64,000 nt of DNA. It comes from Podospora anserina. Taxonomy: Eukaryota. The stretch covers positions 3,224,001 to 3,288,000 of the forward strand of contig CM030336.1 of NCBI GenBank assembly GCA_017654855.1, given 5' to 3'. Positions 60,178 through 64,000 of this stretch are shown in pieces (within the stretch, counting starts at the first letter, position 1; each line of letters begins with the position of its first letter). The position numbers were made by a program, and so were the translations under genes. Below the pieces are notes generated by a model. That model made no database searches and was not told where the DNA came from. It worked only from the letters and a program-made list of their open reading frames with translations.

Positions 60178-60931
60178 TTAACAGCTGTCGTTGTCATAAC
60201 GAACAATCACGTTCCACTTGTCCTTGTAGAAAGCCTGACCCTTGACATACTGGGCATCCCGAGAGCACTTCTGGAGGATGTACAAAGTCCCATCGGCAAT
60301 ATCATTCCAGCCAACCTCCTTCTCCGTGTCGTTCTGTTTCATGGTCAGCAGCAGCCCCACGATTAATGACAAGATAAACTCACGTCGTTGCACCACCAAA
60401 TAGCCGACTGCCAAGAGCAGGAAACACGACCGCACTCGCCAGGGCCGGGGCCGTTCTTGGCCGAGCCAGTCAGACCACGGAGGTATTCAATGCCGCGGAG
60501 AATAGAAAGCTGGCCAGCCTCCTTCCACTGGTCAAGCTTGCAAATGTAGGACTCAGGATCATCAAGAGCCGCAAGATCAAAGGCGCCGCTGTCAACGGTG
60601 GGGGGAGGGGGCAGGTGAGCCTGGAAAGTTTCGTTCCAGCCGGGGTAAGTGGCATCCATCTGGGCGATAGCCTCCTCGATGGTGCCGGTCACTTCGACGG
60701 TAGCGCCAGTAGGGTCGTCAGCCTTGACGGGGAGCTCCCAGGTAATGGGAACGGTGGCGTAGCTCGAAACATCGGGCTGGTCAGAGCGGATGGATGCGAA
60801 CCCAGGGGCGCCGTGGGCAACCTGGGGTGGCTGTTAGCAACCTGGGGCTTTGAATCCTGGTTCAGTTATGATCAAAAACGTACACTGGCGAGAGCCAGGC
60901 CGCTGGCAATGAAAGCGGAGATGGAAAGCAT
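60178..60931 (-). CDS. Small secreted Cys-rich protein, paralog B
   Basis: Signal peptide MLSISAFIASGLALAS|VAHG; same two intron positions as paralog A; GPGPGECGRVSCSWQSAIWWCND. Confidence 0.85.
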
Positions 60932-61715
60932 TGTGATGGGTGAAGTTCTGAGTTGGTCTTGCGGCTGTCGTTGTGAATGGGAGACTGGAAGTTGTTGTCG
61001 AGGCTGGTTGTGAAAAAAGAAGAGATCGAAGGGAGACAGGTTGCAAAGTATATATACGTGAGAGAGTTGCTTGCACAGACCAAAGAGAGCATCTCGGGCG
61101 GCCGCTTATCTCCACCGTGTTGTTCCGTGTCCTTCTGCTGCGGTTCAGACGGTCCCATCGGTTGGGATCTTGTGATAATCGTCCGATATCTCGAGAGCAG
61201 GCATCCCGTTCCGTTAGCCGCTTAGGGAATTGATATACCACTTTTGTCCCTCCACTCGAGGCCACAACATTTTGATGTCTCTTTGACGGGCATCTTGATA
61301 CTCTTGATCCGCGTCCTGTGACCTCCTTCCTCAACAGTCCCAAACCCACTTGCCCCCAATATTCAGCGCATGGTTTTCGGCTCAAGTGGCAGGAGCAATC
61401 GAAAAGATAGGTGCCTTGACATACAGTGGGGAAACAATTCCCGACCAGCCCCGCATATGGCTAAGTCGCTCCTGCCTGCTCTCACTTTGTTCTGCTAAGG
61501 GCCACTGTGGGGGTTGCGTCACCGAGTTTCTCAACGGGAAAGCGCAGTCAAGATCCAGACCACGGGAAGGAGTAGGTACCAGAATCCTAAATCACGATGT
61601 AAAAAGAAGAGGAAGACAGTTTAGACCTGACGACATGGAATTACCCCCCAAGGTTTTTATAATCCATCTACCACTGCAGTAAAAGGAAAAGTCCCCATTA
61701 GATAGCCCCAACCCC

Positions 61716-62747
61716 TCACAAAATTGCCTTGACGCTCTCCACGAAATCAACAACAGTCTTCTCCCAAGGAATATACCCCTCCCCCGTAACCCTCACCACC
61801 TTGCTTCCATCGTAGACCCTCTCCTTCGGATACCCATACCCCTTCTCATACCCCTGCCCCGGCTCCCCCTTCTCAATCACCCCCTCCCTCTCAGGATACC
61901 TCTCCCTCAAGATATCCGCCACCGCCTGAGCGGGAACATGATACCCACTCAACAAAAACCTCTCCCCATCCACCTTTTCCGGGTTCTCCGCCCCAAACAA
62001 AATCACCCTCGCCACATCCCTCACATCCACATACGAGGGAAACGCCCCAGGTAACCCCGACTTAGCCAGCTCAGTGCCAGAGTAAACATCACTGATCAGC
62101 TTTGTCGTCCCGTGAATCTTGTCCCTTGACTCCGGCACAACAACGGGTGGGCCAGCGACATAGACGGGGTTGACAGCCGCGATTTTGAAGGCTGGTTTGT
62201 GCTCATCTCTAAACTTCCAGAGGGCCTTTTCAGCGGCGGTCTTGCTGGCAAAGTAGAGGATATACCCTGGAACTTCGTTGCCCAGCTCCCGGACAAGCCT
62301 CTCTGAGGACTCATTCCAGTTTGACTCGTCGTAGTGGGCGTTGGCGGACTCGGTGTCGATGATGGCAGCGACCGAACTCATGAGGGTGAAGGATTTGACG
62401 GTGGGTTCGGTGAGGGCTGACTCGAGGACTCTCTGAGTTCCCTCGACGGCGGCCTTGAGGACGGGTCCGGGGGCGGTGGAGGTGAGGAAGATGGGAGAGG
62501 CGAGGTGGGCGACGGTGGTGACGCCTTTGATGGCTTGGTCGAATGCTCCGGGGATGGTGATGTCGGGGACTTCGACGATCTCGAGGTTGGCAACTAGTTC
62601 GGCCGGGATGGCGGAGAGGAGGGGCTTGGTGGAGTGGAGGGAGCGGGCCGTGCCGCGGACACGGTAGCCGGCTTGGAGAAAGGTGAGGGCGGTGCGGGCG
62701 GCGATGAAGCCGTTTATGCCGGTGATGAGGGCGAGGCCTTTGGACAT
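61716..62747 (-). CDS. NAD(P)-dependent epimerase/dehydratase (aldehyde reductase II / ketoreductase-like)
   Basis: LITGINGFIA Rossmann motif, HLASP, MSSVAA, YFASKTAAEK (YxxxK), YVDVRDVA. Confidence 0.9.
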   Translation of the reverse strand: MSKGLALITGINGFIAARTALTFLQAGYRVRGTARSLHSTKPLLSAIPAELVANLEIVEVPDITIPGAFDQAIKGVTTVAHLASPIFLTSTAPGPVLKAAVEGTQRVLESALTEPTVKSFTLMSSVAAIIDTESANAHYDESNWNESSERLVRELGNEVPGYILYFASKTAAEKALWKFRDEHKPAFKIAAVNPVYVAGPPVVVPESRDKIHGTTKLISDVYSGTELAKSGLPGAFPSYVDVRDVARVILFGAENPEKVDGERFLLSGYHVPAQAVADILRERYPEREGVIEKGEPGQGYEKGYGYPKERVYDGSKVVRVTGEGYIPWEKTVVDFVESVKAIL

Positions 62748-63501
62748 GGTGGTCTTGTTGGCGGGAATAGATGGACAGCTGGTTGATGATGACGATGTGG
62801 GCAGGATCATGGATATGAGCTTTGTTGTGCCTCAAGATAAACTGACTCTGAAAGTAGAAGATTCTCAATATTTAAGTCGCGGTCTCTGGTCTGAAAGATC
62901 CACAGTCCGCTTTGGCCAGGCGAGAAAATTAGTTTGTTGGGGCACGATGCCATTAATACCTAAGGTGGTCCCCATTGAAGGATTCTAGTGTCCAAAGGAA
63001 GTTCCAAATCGTCAAGCATTTCAAAGCAATGTCCTTGACAAATCTCATGGTTCGGCATTCGAACGCACCTCCCTTCCGAATGAATCTCGGCTGAGAGTTC
63101 ATCGTGCCAAGTAGCCCTGAGGTGGTGAGGCTCGTTCCGGGATATGCAGGCCGGGATTCGCTGCCCGTCGGTGTTGGGTGCAGTGATTAGTGAACAAAGA
63201 ACGGGAGGAGCTGTTGAGTAATCCTGCAGCTCTTAATAAGCAACCGCATTCTCCGCCATTATGCCTCGGGTGATAGTGGGGCTCTTGGTACCTTATCACC
63301 ATTGGATTGTAGAATGCCTTGATTTATTATGGTAGATGAGGATGTACTTAGAATTTGTCTACCTTAGTCTGCGAGAACTGCAAAGTGATGACTCGTCTTC
63401 ATGCATTAACCACTTTGCTGCCGAAATTCAAAGCTAACCAACTGGCTCTGACATCACATACACCATTTCTGCCCACCAGGTTTCCAAAGCCAAGTTGAAA
63501 T

Positions 63502-64000
63502 TCACCCATCATCCGCCGCCCAACCCCATATATCCCTCAACCAAGGTTTCCAAAACCCCTCCACGCTCTCTTCAAACCTCCACCCATCCCACGTCCCATT
63601 CAACAGCCCCTAGGTTTCCTCATCCTGCTGCCTCCCCTCCCGGATCCAATACCTCCCCGCCAAGCTCCACATCGTCCAGCTGACCCCATACCTCTTTGTA
63701 AAACTCCTTCAAACAACCCAACAGCACGTCGCTCATCAACCCCCCATCCTGCCTTCTCCCAAACTCACTCAAAATAACAGGCGTCAACCTCTGCGCCGGC
63801 GCGCACCGCTCCTCCTCCACGCCTGCCGTCATCAAACTCCTTTTACTTGTTAGCGCAGACAAATCCTGCCCGTACTGCATTCCCCCCCAAGAATCAACAA
63901 ATCCTCATTCGCAGCATGAATTACCCCAGCAGCAGCAGCAGTCATTTTCCCCACGAAGTTCACCCAGTTGTAACCTGAACCCCCCCTAGCCATCCCCCAC
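63502..64000 (-). pseudogene. 3' part of a glycoside hydrolase family 5 (GH5_16-like) gene, disrupted
   Basis: Stitching frames gives IHAANEDLLI..GQDLS, TPVILSEFG (nucleophile Glu), and VSWTMWSLAGRYWIREG..DEET*GLLNGTW; two frameshifts and one in-frame TAG. Confidence 0.7.

Overview
Eukaryotic, intron-containing fungal DNA. It looks like a Sordariomycete: gene set, intron signals and C-rich 5'/G-rich 3' gene halves suggest Podospora or a close Sordariales relative (inference). There are three zones. (1) 1-10 kb is accessory: the 3' end of a lignostilbene/carotenoid-type dioxygenase, two divergent P450s, a small orphan gene, a RIP-like scarred 21-bp repeat and a broken HET-like gene. (2) 11-38 kb is a housekeeping core: MTF2-like, CMR1, ATG26, FCP1, NDUFA13/GRIM-19, tRNA-Lys, condensin CND1, CDC7 and CHL1. 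(3) 38-64 kb is accessory and possibly defence-related: membrane proteins, a lectin-like beta-propeller beside a HET-domain gene, tRNA-Thr, a het-6-like gene, a 2EXR protein, a frameshifted PARG-like (TIGR02452) gene, two tandem secreted Cys-rich paralogs, an aldehyde reductase and a GH5 pseudogene. All calls come from reading motifs by eye; no database searches were run.
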